DNA of 64,000 nucleotides from a virus (taxonomy: Duplodnaviria; Heunggongvirae; Uroviricota; Caudoviricetes), in the IMG/VR virus record IMGVR_UViG_3300031994_000051, positions 1-64,000 of that record. One strand, written 5' to 3'. Positions within the stretch are counted from its first letter, which is position 1, and the number at the start of each line of letters is the position of its first letter. A program made the position numbers and the translations under genes. Under the pieces are notes generated by a model. The model saw only the letters and a list, made by a program, of their open reading frames with translations. It did no database searches and had not been told where the DNA came from. Of this stretch, positions 11,157 to 20,623 are shown piece by piece.

Positions 11157-11589
11157 CAGTTATAAGGTTATAGAAGAAAGACTTACACCAAGTGGTCGTA
11201 TAGAATATTTGACTTTGCCACTTTATGTTTGGTTGACTGTTGATGAGGTTGAAGGCCATTCTAAAATGATAGCAAAACCTCAATATTCTTCAAAAATTAT
11301 TCATGGTATTCATTCGTTTGTAAATCTGGAAGATGCAAAAAAATGGATGGTTGAAAATTTTCTTGGTTATTATGCCACAAGACCAGCTATCTATCGATGC
11401 GAGTCCGAAGAATCTAAATGCCATATAGAGGATGGAAAGGTGATTTCTGAAGAGATTCGTTTTTGTGAACCGTTGTTTCATATGGTTAACGGGAAGATTT
11501 CCGATTATGTAAGGATGACAATTCCAGAGAAGAAAAAGTCTTCTTATGGTATCATTTACGAAGAGTCTGAAATCACTGGGGATGTGTAA
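11149..11589 (+). CDS. hypothetical protein
   Basis: ORF, 8-nt overlap with upstream gene. Confidence 0.45.
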   Translation: MISSYKVIEERLTPSGRIEYLTLPLYVWLTVDEVEGHSKMIAKPQYSSKIIHGIHSFVNLEDAKKWMVENFLGYYATRPAIYRCESEESKCHIEDGKVISEEIRFCEPLFHMVNGKISDYVRMTIPEKKKSSYGIIYEESEITGDV

Positions 11590-11609
11590 AAACTAAAGAA
11601 AATAATTAT

Positions 11610-11954
11610 ATGGAATACGAAGATTTTATGAAGAATTATAATAAAATGCACAAATGTTGCCCAGTTTGTGGATCAAAGCATCATTTAACAACACTTGTTG
11701 CATGTTTGTATGATCAAAATCATCCAGAGAAATATGTAGATAGGAATAAAGTAGAGTGTTGCAATTGTGGATGGATAGGGATTAAACACGATATGGTTCC
11801 AGAAATAATAACTGGTGTTGAACTAATCGCTGAAGAGAGAAAACGTCAAATCGAAAAAGAAGGCTGGACCAAAGATCATGATAAAGAACATTATCTAGGA
11901 CAACTTGCTGATGCTGCAGTTTCATATGCGTTGACAGAAACAGAAAGAAAATAA
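11610..11954 (+). CDS. Zn-ribbon protein (CCPVCGS...CCNCGW). An in-frame stop-free extension follows to 12131
   Basis: Two CxxC pairs. TAA at 11952 is followed by 58 sense codons in the same frame, ending at the terminator. Confidence 0.5.
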   Translation: MEYEDFMKNYNKMHKCCPVCGSKHHLTTLVACLYDQNHPEKYVDRNKVECCNCGWIGIKHDMVPEIITGVELIAEERKRQIEKEGWTKDHDKEHYLGQLADAAVSYALTETERK

Positions 11955-12119
11955 ATCTGGAAATTATACACTACAGATGAGAACGTTCCTGATGTGCCAC
12001 CAATTTGGCCATGGGAAAAATCTTGGTGGAAGCCGACACCTAATGATAGAGTAAAGGAACTTGTCAAAGCTGGAGCATTGATCGCTGCAGAAATTGACAG
12101 ATTGCTTGAACAAAATAAA

Positions 12120-12151
12120 GCCGCCAACTGAGTTGACGGCTTTCCTTTTTC
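12120..12151. terminator. bidirectional terminator between convergent genes
   Basis: ccgccaac-tgag-ttgacgg, A-run upstream, T-run downstream. Confidence 0.5.
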
Positions 12152-12163
12152 TGTAACTTCATC

Positions 12164-12979
12164 TTATTTTACATATCGTTCGAAATATTTCAGTATTGCC
12201 CTGACGTATATTTCCACGATCGCATCAAATCCTTCTTTACTCTTTAAGAACAAAACGTTATCGATATTAGTCATGAACAGGGATTCCACAAGTACAGCTG
12301 GTATGTCTGTCTCTTTAAGGACAGTGTAATTTGCCTCCCAATCCTTGTCCCCGTCAGACGTCTGTGTAGATATTTGTATTCCATATCTTGGGAGAATCTC
12401 TTCAGCTGCTTCATAGAAACAATCTGCAAGTTTATCTCCAGCTGTTTGCCCAATAGATGTAAATGCAGACCAGTAAGCAGCATTGTTCCCCGTATCCCAC
12501 TTGTCTCCGTTTCCGTGTGCATTGACATGGCATGATATGAATATGTGTTTCAGTTCTGGATATCTGTTCTTCATTTCGTTAGATCTGTTTGCTCTTACCA
12601 TAACTGGAACGTCATAGTCGAGTTCTGGTGTGACCATGTACGTTTTAAATCCGAGTTTTTTCAATCTTTCGTTTACGGCTTTGGAAACTCTCCTGTTGTA
12701 TTCATACTCGTATAATGTAAGTTCATCTACTGTATGGTTCCCGTAACTGAGTCCTATCAGCGCCGCTGGGCTTCTTTTCCCAGCTGTTGTGCTCGCGTGA
12801 CCGTTATCTATATGTACCATGAGTTTTCCGTGATCTTTCATTTCTTGTTCTGGTTCGTTTTGGTCCACTATTTGGGTTGATGCTGAAGAATCGATCCCAC
12901 TGGGATCTTCTGTATGCTGTGGTTCAGGATCGATATGTTTTTGTTTCCATTTTTCAAACAAGGATCTGAAAATACACAT
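12164..12979 (-). CDS. N-acetylmuramoyl-L-alanine amidase (Amidase_3-type endolysin)
   Basis: HIFISCHVNAHGNGDKWDTGNNAAYWSAF with Zn-ligand pattern. Convergent with the Zn-ribbon gene at a shared terminator (12120-12151). Confidence 0.8.
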   Translation of the reverse strand: MCIFRSLFEKWKQKHIDPEPQHTEDPSGIDSSASTQIVDQNEPEQEMKDHGKLMVHIDNGHASTTAGKRSPAALIGLSYGNHTVDELTLYEYEYNRRVSKAVNERLKKLGFKTYMVTPELDYDVPVMVRANRSNEMKNRYPELKHIFISCHVNAHGNGDKWDTGNNAAYWSAFTSIGQTAGDKLADCFYEAAEEILPRYGIQISTQTSDGDKDWEANYTVLKETDIPAVLVESLFMTNIDNVLFLKSKEGFDAIVEIYVRAILKYFERYVK

Positions 12980-12985
12980 TATTTT

Positions 12986-14056
12986 TTATATTGGATTTAA
13001 TGTTAATCTTATTGCTCTTGAATCACCGTCTTCTTCATAACTTAATTCGAAATATGTATTCCCTATACAATATAATGTACAGTTTCCTATTTTTTTAGGT
13101 TGTTTATCTCCAATTGTGATTGTTACGTCTTGTAATTCAATAGTCTTATCTTTTGTTAATGTACAATTTCTGTTTTGTGTTTTTCCATTTATTGTAACGG
13201 GAGTATATTTCTCACCCCATGCATAAAATGTTCTGTAAAATATTTGTTGACTCTCGTTTTCTTTTAGAATGTTGTTTGTGTATTTTTTGATAAAGGAATC
13301 TGATAATGGTATATATGTTCTTTGTTCGTTTATATTTGTATTAATCCAAGATTTGTTAAAGATGGTATTTTTCATCTTTTCTTCGTCGTTGCAATCATAT
13401 TCGGTTTGCATTAATTTTTTTCCGTTTTTGTTGTTTATTTGAATAAGAACTGAGTTTTTATCGACAACGCCAAGTCCAACAAATATAGTATTTCCGTTCT
13501 TTCCTTTCAGTGAATAAGTTCCAGTGATATTATTCGTCCCATCCCATTTTGTGTAACCGTATGATAACAATTTGTTTTGCAATGAATCTAAACAATTATT
13601 GTAAGATTCGTTACAATTTTCGTTATTTGTAACATAGTCCGATCTTTTGATAATTTGTTCAGATGATGGTGAATATTTTATCCATTCATTGTATATTATT
13701 GATGCGAAACATTCTTTGATGTCATTAACGATTCCTGTGCATCCGATCGCTATTGTGCTCATTTTTGTTCCTTTCGGAAAATCTAGGTTTCTGAATGCCC
13801 AGTCTGTTAGATCCCTGACACCATCAACAATCCCGATATACTCATATTCATCCTCGAATCCTGGGATTTGTGTAAGGATGATGTAATTCTTCAGATCGTC
13901 GATTTCATTCATTTCGTTCTTGAACTCATATATACCAACTTCACTCCAGAGTTTGATGACATATACGCTACCGTTTCTTGATTTGCATTCTCTCCTGACT
14001 TCAACGATTTCATCAACAGTATCAAAAGTTAGGAGTTGTTCTTTTATGTTTGTCAT
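12986..14056 (-). CDS. hypothetical protein (alternative upstream starts up to 14200)
   Basis: Long ORF. Start chosen at MTNIKEQ; the longer N-terminus is hydrophobic/low-complexity and overlaps the plus-strand promoter. Confidence 0.5.
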   Translation of the reverse strand: MTNIKEQLLTFDTVDEIVEVRRECKSRNGSVYVIKLWSEVGIYEFKNEMNEIDDLKNYIILTQIPGFEDEYEYIGIVDGVRDLTDWAFRNLDFPKGTKMSTIAIGCTGIVNDIKECFASIIYNEWIKYSPSSEQIIKRSDYVTNNENCNESYNNCLDSLQNKLLSYGYTKWDGTNNITGTYSLKGKNGNTIFVGLGVVDKNSVLIQINNKNGKKLMQTEYDCNDEEKMKNTIFNKSWINTNINEQRTYIPLSDSFIKKYTNNILKENESQQIFYRTFYAWGEKYTPVTINGKTQNRNCTLTKDKTIELQDVTITIGDKQPKKIGNCTLYCIGNTYFELSYEEDGDSRAIRLTLNPI

Positions 14057-14074
14057 TTGTATAAATTGGCTTTC

Positions 14075-14110
14075 TCTATTTATCGGAATTCCGTATATTT
14101 GCATGAGTAA
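14075..14110 (+). promoter_or_regulatory. class-I promoter (GrpE-DnaJ unit)
   Basis: TTCCGTATATTTGCA at 14089-14103. Confidence 0.55.
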
Positions 14111-14125
14111 AGATAGATATTCGAA

Positions 14126-14599
14126 ATGGAAGAAAAAGATAATTTGAATCAAGAACAAGAAATCGTTCAACAAACTGAAGTACAACAGGTTGATTGGCAT
14201 GAGATGTATCTGAGATCTGTTGCGGATTTCACAAACATGAGAAACCGATACGAGAAGATGTTATCGGATTGCAATAGATCTGGCATAAGAGAAACAATAG
14301 AAAAGGTTGTTTCTCCTTTGTTCAATGATATTGCCCGTGGTATGAAAAACGGTGTAGACGGGTGTGATCTTATGTACAAGAATTTGTATAATAATCTTCG
14401 TTCGATAGGAATTGAACCGATCGGGTGGAATATAAAATATGGAGTGTTTAACGAGGAGACAATGGAAGCGATTGGTATTTATCCTACGGATAAATCTGAA
14501 TATGATAACACCGTAAGCGATGTTTATGAATATGGATTTTTCGATGAAATAAACAAGAAGGTTATTACTCACGCTAAGGTTGTAATTTATAAAAAATAA
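14126..14599 (+). CDS. grpE: GrpE-like nucleotide exchange factor
   Basis: YLRSVADFTNMRNRYEKM (cf. GrpE AEFENxRKR), VSPLFNDIARGM, MYKNLYNNLRSIGIEPIG...FNEETMEAIG, C-terminal KVITHAKVVIYK. Class-I promoter 14089-14103. Confidence 0.7.
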   Translation: MEEKDNLNQEQEIVQQTEVQQVDWHEMYLRSVADFTNMRNRYEKMLSDCNRSGIRETIEKVVSPLFNDIARGMKNGVDGCDLMYKNLYNNLRSIGIEPIGWNIKYGVFNEETMEAIGIYPTDKSEYDNTVSDVYEYGFFDEINKKVITHAKVVIYKK

Positions 14600-14627
14600 T
14601 TGATAAAGATAAACAGGAGAAATAATC

Positions 14628-15668
14628 ATGGAAGGAAAAAGAAATTACTATGATGTTCTCGGTGTTCAGAAGAATGCCAGTGAAAACGAGATAAAGAGTG
14701 CTTTCCGTAAACTGTCCAAGAAATATCATCCAGATGTTTGTAAGGATACTGATGCCGAGGAGAAGTTTAAGGAAGTGAACGAGGCTTATGGTGTATTGTC
14801 GGATCCAGAAAAGAAACAGATGTATGACACATATGGGACTGTGGATCCTAATGATATCAGACAGCAGGATCCTTTTGCAGGTATGGATCCGTTTGGAATG
14901 ATGCGTGGATTCGGAATGCGTCGCGGAGGACAGGTAAAGGAAAGAGGCGGTGACTTGAAGATTCAAATCGAGCTTTCTTTTGATGAAATCTATACTGGAA
15001 TACACAAGAAGATTAAGATGGGTAGGATGTGTACTTGTCATAGATGCAATGGTTCTGGGAGTGAAAGCAATTCCACAGGGACATGTAAGAGATGTGATGG
15101 TCATGGAATGGTTTATGAGGAAATAAGGAAGGGGAATTTTGTCCAGCGAAGTATGCATCCTTGTCCAGATTGCCATGGGACTGGAAGGACAATAACGGAT
15201 CCGTGTCCGAATTGTGGAGGAAGTGGTTTAGAAAAGAAGACTGTTGATATAGAGTTCGATGTTCCTGCTGGCATATATGATAATTCATATTTCGTGATCG
15301 AAGGAAAAGGTAATGCTGGTCCACATCGAGGTGTGCCAGGTGATTTGCTTGTTTTTGTTACTGAGAAGCCTAATCAATATGGATTGAAGAGAGATCAAAA
15401 GAACAACATCCTTTATAAGGTAAAGGTTCCTTATAAGACAATGATTTTCGGAGGAGATGTCAAGTTGCCGTATGTGAATGGAGGAACAAAGAAGATTCAC
15501 ATAGGTGAAGGAACCGAGTCTGGAAAGATTGTCACATTAAGTGGTCAAGGGTTCCCAGATCCTAACAATCCGAGAATTAAGGGAAATTATGTCGTTGATG
15601 TTGAGTGTGATATTCCAAAGCCAAGCGATTTGAGTGAGGACCAGAAATTTAAGATAATGAACATCTAA
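14628..15668 (+). CDS. dnaJ: DnaJ co-chaperone (J domain, 4x CxxCxGxG zinc finger, C-terminal domains)
   Basis: YYDVLGV...YHPD; [32 protein letters not shown]. Confidence 0.9.
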   Translation: MEGKRNYYDVLGVQKNASENEIKSAFRKLSKKYHPDVCKDTDAEEKFKEVNEAYGVLSDPEKKQMYDTYGTVDPNDIRQQDPFAGMDPFGMMRGFGMRRGGQVKERGGDLKIQIELSFDEIYTGIHKKIKMGRMCTCHRCNGSGSESNSTGTCKRCDGHGMVYEEIRKGNFVQRSMHPCPDCHGTGRTITDPCPNCGGSGLEKKTVDIEFDVPAGIYDNSYFVIEGKGNAGPHRGVPGDLLVFVTEKPNQYGLKRDQKNNILYKVKVPYKTMIFGGDVKLPYVNGGTKKIHIGEGTESGKIVTLSGQGFPDPNNPRIKGNYVVDVECDIPKPSDLSEDQKFKIMNI

Positions 15669-15717
15669 AAAAACGATCGATCATATGTCTGTAAGTTGAT
15701 CGATCGTTTTTCTTTTT
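15667..15717. terminator. bidirectional intrinsic terminator (dnaJ / 922-aa gene)
   Basis: aaaaacgatcgatca...tgatcgatcgttttt. Confidence 0.7.
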
Positions 15718-15728
15718 ATGTAAATGCA

Positions 15729-18497
15729 TCACTCGTCTTCTTCACTAAACGCAGAAGATATTGTTCGTTTTTCCCCGTTTAATTCGACATTAAATGTGTA
15801 CTCATCGTTCTCCTCGTCATATATTGCTGGTTCGACCTTGTCGTACCATTGCGGTATAGATCGTTCGGAGAACTCTAGACAGAAGAGGTCTGTGTCAAAA
15901 TAAGTATATTTCCCCTTTGATTCTACGATGGGGTATCTTGAAGATCTATCAGATATTGAATCAAACCTTAAACCTCCAAGATATTTGTCACAAAAACTTT
16001 TTCCACTCGACAAGTTTATGATGTCGAATTTTCCATTTTCGTCTTCAACATAGCATATACTTTCGTCTTCTGAATGTTCTTCTACACCAAAACGACTAAC
16101 AGGAAGAAGTTTGCAATTTTTAAGAAGCAGATAATATTTTCCGTCTTTTTTTATTTCAAGGATCCTTTGTTCCTCTCCTATGATGTATATACTTTGAACA
16201 GGTTCATCAAGAATCTCACGTAAATATGAGTCTTCAGAGTCGTTAAGACCAATGAGATAAATGTTTTTGTTTCTTTTCAAAGCGACAATATATTCCCGAT
16301 CGTATCCTGTTATTTCTTTATCTATATAAACTATATCATCGAACCAATCTTCATCATAAAGTTCAAGAGTGTCGCATAATATAAGATTACATTTTCCATC
16401 CGTTCTTTTAACATAATCAATCATTTCAACGTCTGGAATAAATTCATTGTTTATTTTTTCTGCTGGCTTATCAAAGAACCTGCGGCCTCCTTTACCTACC
16501 ATATTATATCCTTCATCTGTCCTTACATAAATCATCTGGATATAGTCACCTATTCTCTTTGTGTCGTAAGTATAGATATTCTCAAATATCAGTTGCATAT
16601 TATAGTTGTATATGTTTTGGCTTTTGCCATATTTAGATGCAACAGTTATTACAAAAACAGGCTCTTCTATGTTTCCATCTCGATCATATTCGTGTGATTT
16701 GCGATACATAAGGGTAACGTCGTCTTCGTCGATAGATTCGACACTATCAATGATAACATTGTAATTCTTGTCCAGCACTTTATTGCCATCATCCGATTCC
16801 ATATATAGGAAATCTATATTGTTCTCGAACTCTCTTATCTCTATGATGTCTTTCATTTTGTAAGATCCATCCATGTTCCACAAAAACGGGTATTCTTCAT
16901 CCTTTATGTCATATGGTTCTACAATAAAATCACCATTGTATAGATCTCTTATATATGCCCATCCGTCAAAAACCAATCCGTTTTCAGAAAGAAGATTGTC
17001 GTGCTCGCTATCGTATTTTCTGTCAATATGTTTTATTAAAAAGAATTTTTCTTTTGCTGTTGATTTTTTGTTAAGGTAATAAATGTTACTTATAGGTTCT
17101 GGGGTTAAGACCTTTTTGTTGTCGAAACAATACACAACCTTATTGTTTTCATATGATGAATTTGTTTTTTTGACGATAACACATATAGAAAATCCTCCAT
17201 TGTCCATATAATATGTTTTTTCAATATCGTCTGCTAATAATATGCCTTGATCAACAACAGCATTTATAGCCTCTTGTGTGTTATATTCGTTTTCTGACAC
17301 GGACTCTTCGAGTCTGTCTTGAAGAATAGATTTTGCTTTGTTAAGAACCGTTTTGTTCTCAATGTTCTTTCCAACCCTGTTCATGTAGAAAGTAAGTCGT
17401 TTGATGGCTTGTCCAATGTCTTTTGAATGTTTAGATAGATAATCTGCTATGTATTTTGGTGATTTGGATTTGAACAAACCTTCTTTTGGCTCCCATTTCG
17501 TGTCAACGTCGGATAATTGTTCTTCATTTATGACGTTATTCTCAACAGGAACGATCACATCTGGGTCAAAAATACACAAAGATTCCACATCGAATATGGC
17601 TAAACCTTCATAATATTCATCATTGTGTTTTAATCCATCTCTTATACTCCAAATTGCTCTGTCTGTTACGAACAATCCATCATATCCGTTCTTAATTAAT
17701 TCGTCATAGTTAATGTAGTGTATTCCAAATCGATCAACCAAAGTTGATGCGGCAATAAGATCATCTTGGGAGTCGATTACATAGATTCTTGCATTTTCTG
17801 TTAATGTGAACAAGAAATGACTTGATAATCTTTCCACACGAAAATCCTCTTCCCTGCACCATTTTTCCCACCCGTTATTTGTTAATGGACATGCCCATAA
17901 TCCACCAGTGTATTTCTGGAACATAAATCCATGTTTATGGTCTGCCAGATTATTTGGGCGTAAACGTTCGAACCTGTTTCGATCGAATCTGTCGGATCCA
18001 TAAGTGACAAAAATCCAATTGTTGTTGAACACAATATTATCGTTTTCCGTGGATTCATACATCACGTCATCGTCATCAAGGTATTGATCGGAAACATACC
18101 TCATTGATGTCTCTGGCGGATTGTTCTCTATATATTGAATGTAGTCGTTTTCCTGATCATGATCGATTTCGTGCCACATTTTTTCAATCTCTTTAGGTGG
18201 TCTTTTGTATTCCTTTATTGCTTTTTCCTGTCTTTGACGAATTTCTTCACTTGTTAGTTTGTTGTATCTAATGGTCTCGATTATGTCGTTTATTCTTCTT
18301 CTTCCGAATGATGTGTCAAAATAACCCTCGATGATGGATATAGGGTATATGTTTGCTCCATCAGAGTTTTTATATTTTCCGAAAGGGTATTTCAAATAAG
18401 TCAGAATCGCAGTCGTCATGTCTGCGTCTATGCTTTTGTCAATCTTTCTTCTAAAAAAAGAAACGACTTCGTTGAACCACATCCAATTTTTATTCAT
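15729..18497 (-). CDS. large hypothetical protein (922 aa)
   Basis: Uninterrupted 2.8-kb ORF. Convergent bidirectional terminator at 15667-15717. Confidence 0.6.
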   Translation of the reverse strand: MNKNWMWFNEVVSFFRRKIDKSIDADMTTAILTYLKYPFGKYKNSDGANIYPISIIEGYFDTSFGRRRINDIIETIRYNKLTSEEIRQRQEKAIKEYKRPPKEIEKMWHEIDHDQENDYIQYIENNPPETSMRYVSDQYLDDDDVMYESTENDNIVFNNNWIFVTYGSDRFDRNRFERLRPNNLADHKHGFMFQKYTGGLWACPLTNNGWEKWCREEDFRVERLSSHFLFTLTENARIYVIDSQDDLIAASTLVDRFGIHYINYDELIKNGYDGLFVTDRAIWSIRDGLKHNDEYYEGLAIFDVESLCIFDPDVIVPVENNVINEEQLSDVDTKWEPKEGLFKSKSPKYIADYLSKHSKDIGQAIKRLTFYMNRVGKNIENKTVLNKAKSILQDRLEESVSENEYNTQEAINAVVDQGILLADDIEKTYYMDNGGFSICVIVKKTNSSYENNKVVYCFDNKKVLTPEPISNIYYLNKKSTAKEKFFLIKHIDRKYDSEHDNLLSENGLVFDGWAYIRDLYNGDFIVEPYDIKDEEYPFLWNMDGSYKMKDIIEIREFENNIDFLYMESDDGNKVLDKNYNVIIDSVESIDEDDVTLMYRKSHEYDRDGNIEEPVFVITVASKYGKSQNIYNYNMQLIFENIYTYDTKRIGDYIQMIYVRTDEGYNMVGKGGRRFFDKPAEKINNEFIPDVEMIDYVKRTDGKCNLILCDTLELYDEDWFDDIVYIDKEITGYDREYIVALKRNKNIYLIGLNDSEDSYLREILDEPVQSIYIIGEEQRILEIKKDGKYYLLLKNCKLLPVSRFGVEEHSEDESICYVEDENGKFDIINLSSGKSFCDKYLGGLRFDSISDRSSRYPIVESKGKYTYFDTDLFCLEFSERSIPQWYDKVEPAIYDEENDEYTFNVELNGEKRTISSAFSEEDE

Positions 18498-18515
18498 AAA
18501 ATATTGATTATTAGT

Positions 18516-19256
18516 TTATTGGAACATTAGGAACCAGTCTGGATTTTGTTGTTTGTCAATATATTCCTTAACTTCATCCAGATATTGTTTGCCAAGGTCC
18601 ATGAAATATGTTCCTATAGTGACTCCGCCAACGAGTGTAACCTCGAATGTTTTCAGTACCCTGTGGATTTGAATCATGGTTTTCCCTATGCATTGCTTTA
18701 GAAAATAATAGTCGTCATAAAGGGCAGAGTCTTCTATCTGGACATAAACCCTGCACAGGACTGGAGCGATAGGATCGTGGCCTATGACTTTCAGTCTCTT
18801 TGTGTTCAAGTTGAACTGGAAGTTGATGTCGGTAAGGGTGAATGATCTTGCCAAATCGAACCAGCTATAGCTAATTGTACGACCAGTAATGATGTCCGAT
18901 GAGAAGGGGGAAAGCCATAGATCGGATCCCATGACCCTTTCTATGTTAAGGTCTGGATCGTTGATTCCAAATAACCTGCTTCCGTCCTTTATCTCCCTGA
19001 ATTCTTCTATACCCCAGACGCAATCTGGAAATTGAATGGTCCTTGATGCACGGAATTCTGGAGTTCTAAACTGGGTGACTGGAACTATTCCGTATCTTAA
19101 TTCAACGGTGTCCCTCCAGTTTCGGAAAACATTGCGTTTCTCGTTGTCTATGATACGTTCGATCTCATCTTTTTTCACTTCTATCTGAAGTGATCCAGAA
19201 ATAGTTATTTCATCTATTATATTTTGGACAAAATCATCTCTTGTCATTGCTTGCAA
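18516..19256 (-). CDS. hypothetical protein
   Basis: ORF directly upstream (same strand) of the 922-aa gene. Confidence 0.55.
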   Translation of the reverse strand: MQAMTRDDFVQNIIDEITISGSLQIEVKKDEIERIIDNEKRNVFRNWRDTVELRYGIVPVTQFRTPEFRASRTIQFPDCVWGIEEFREIKDGSRLFGINDPDLNIERVMGSDLWLSPFSSDIITGRTISYSWFDLARSFTLTDINFQFNLNTKRLKVIGHDPIAPVLCRVYVQIEDSALYDDYYFLKQCIGKTMIQIHRVLKTFEVTLVGGVTIGTYFMDLGKQYLDEVKEYIDKQQNPDWFLMFQ

Positions 19257-19328
19257 AATGCCTTTGTTTATTTATCTGAACGGATAAATAACGAAAATGA
19301 TTTTGTTTAATATAAAAGTGACATTTGT

Positions 19329-20609
19329 TTGAATATGAGAAGAGTAAACGAAAATTCATCCATTTATGATATAAATTCAGATATGAAAGAGGCTTTCGAG
19401 GCCGTTATTAATTCTAATCCAAATAATTTAACCATAGATAACATAGATATAAAAGGATCCTATAAAGTTAATCTTATAGATTGGACCGCTGGGGTTATTT
19501 ATATAAACGATTATGGCCACGAACGTTGTGCTGTATATTCTTTTAATGATCATAAAATAATAGTATCAGATCTAGAAAATGTTGATATAATGACAGATCC
19601 AATATGTCATAAATTAAAAGGAAATTCTGGTACTATGGTTGCTTTGTTGGCAGAAAAAAACTATAACAGTAATCGTGTATTTTGCCCAGTTAATAGAAAC
19701 GGAATAATGTTTAATGGAAAGAAATGGTTCTGGATGATTGATAGAATATGGTCTAAAAATGTTGTTTTTGTCGGTAGAGATTTTTCTGATGAACATTCTT
19801 GTACAATATTTAATTTATCTGGAGATGTTTTGTTTTATGAAAAACATGTAAATATTCGTTTATTTACGTATGGGTTTATAATTTATCACGGAGTTCACGA
19901 TACATTAAATCCTACGATGGGGAATAAAGAATCTTGGGATAATATTACAATTTATGATAAGAATATTAATATTGTTCAGGATAATGTAGATGATATTATT
20001 TGGGAGAATTATAATATTGAACATAATAGTTATTCTATTATTATTGCGAAATCAAAAGATCTATGTTGTGTTTTTGATCATAAGTTGCGATTACTTTATA
20101 GAAATATAGATAACATAGAAATTGTTGATACAATATTTTATCTTGGTCATATTCAGTTTAAAATTATTATTTTTAAAAATAAAAATAAATTGAATATTTT
20201 AAAAGAAGATTATGAACTTATGGTTGGAGATTTTGATGATATTTCATCTTGGTTTGATTCTATAGATTTTGAAAGTAGTGGAAATTATGGGAAACAAAGT
20301 AAAGACATAATAAGAATTTCAAAAAATGGAAAAGAGAAATTAATAAATGCGTTTGATTTAATACCGTTTGGGGATCGATGGTTTGATGAAATAGTTTTGC
20401 TGGATTCAGATAAAACATCATTTAGACGTGTAGCCGCTGTAGCAAACAAAGATGCATGTAATTTGATAGGTATTGATATAGGGGATCGTAAAACTTTTGG
20501 TAAATATATTCTTGATGAATTTGTTGATGATATTTTTGAATATAGAAATATTATTTTTGTTGAAATAGATGGGGATAGATATGCATTGTGGAGATTATTA
20601 AAACAATAA
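19329..20609 (+). CDS. repeat-containing hypothetical protein, paralog A
   Basis: Shares ordered blocks with the next gene (MKEAFEAVI..., CPVNRNGIMFNGKKWF, ISKNGKEKLIN..WFDEIV, YVEIDGDRYALWRLLK). Confidence 0.6.
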   Translation: MNMRRVNENSSIYDINSDMKEAFEAVINSNPNNLTIDNIDIKGSYKVNLIDWTAGVIYINDYGHERCAVYSFNDHKIIVSDLENVDIMTDPICHKLKGNSGTMVALLAEKNYNSNRVFCPVNRNGIMFNGKKWFWMIDRIWSKNVVFVGRDFSDEHSCTIFNLSGDVLFYEKHVNIRLFTYGFIIYHGVHDTLNPTMGNKESWDNITIYDKNINIVQDNVDDIIWENYNIEHNSYSIIIAKSKDLCCVFDHKLRLLYRNIDNIEIVDTIFYLGHIQFKIIIFKNKNKLNILKEDYELMVGDFDDISSWFDSIDFESSGNYGKQSKDIIRISKNGKEKLINAFDLIPFGDRWFDEIVLLDSDKTSFRRVAAVANKDACNLIGIDIGDRKTFGKYILDEFVDDIFEYRNIIFVEIDGDRYALWRLLKQ

Positions 20610-20623
20610 TTATTTTTTGTATC

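Noticed and set aside
12986-14200. Full 404-codon version of the minus-strand ORF starting at 14200
   Set aside because: The N-terminal 48 codons are hydrophobic/low-complexity and overlap the plus-strand GrpE promoter; the shorter start at 14056 (MTNIKEQ) is preferred, with low confidence
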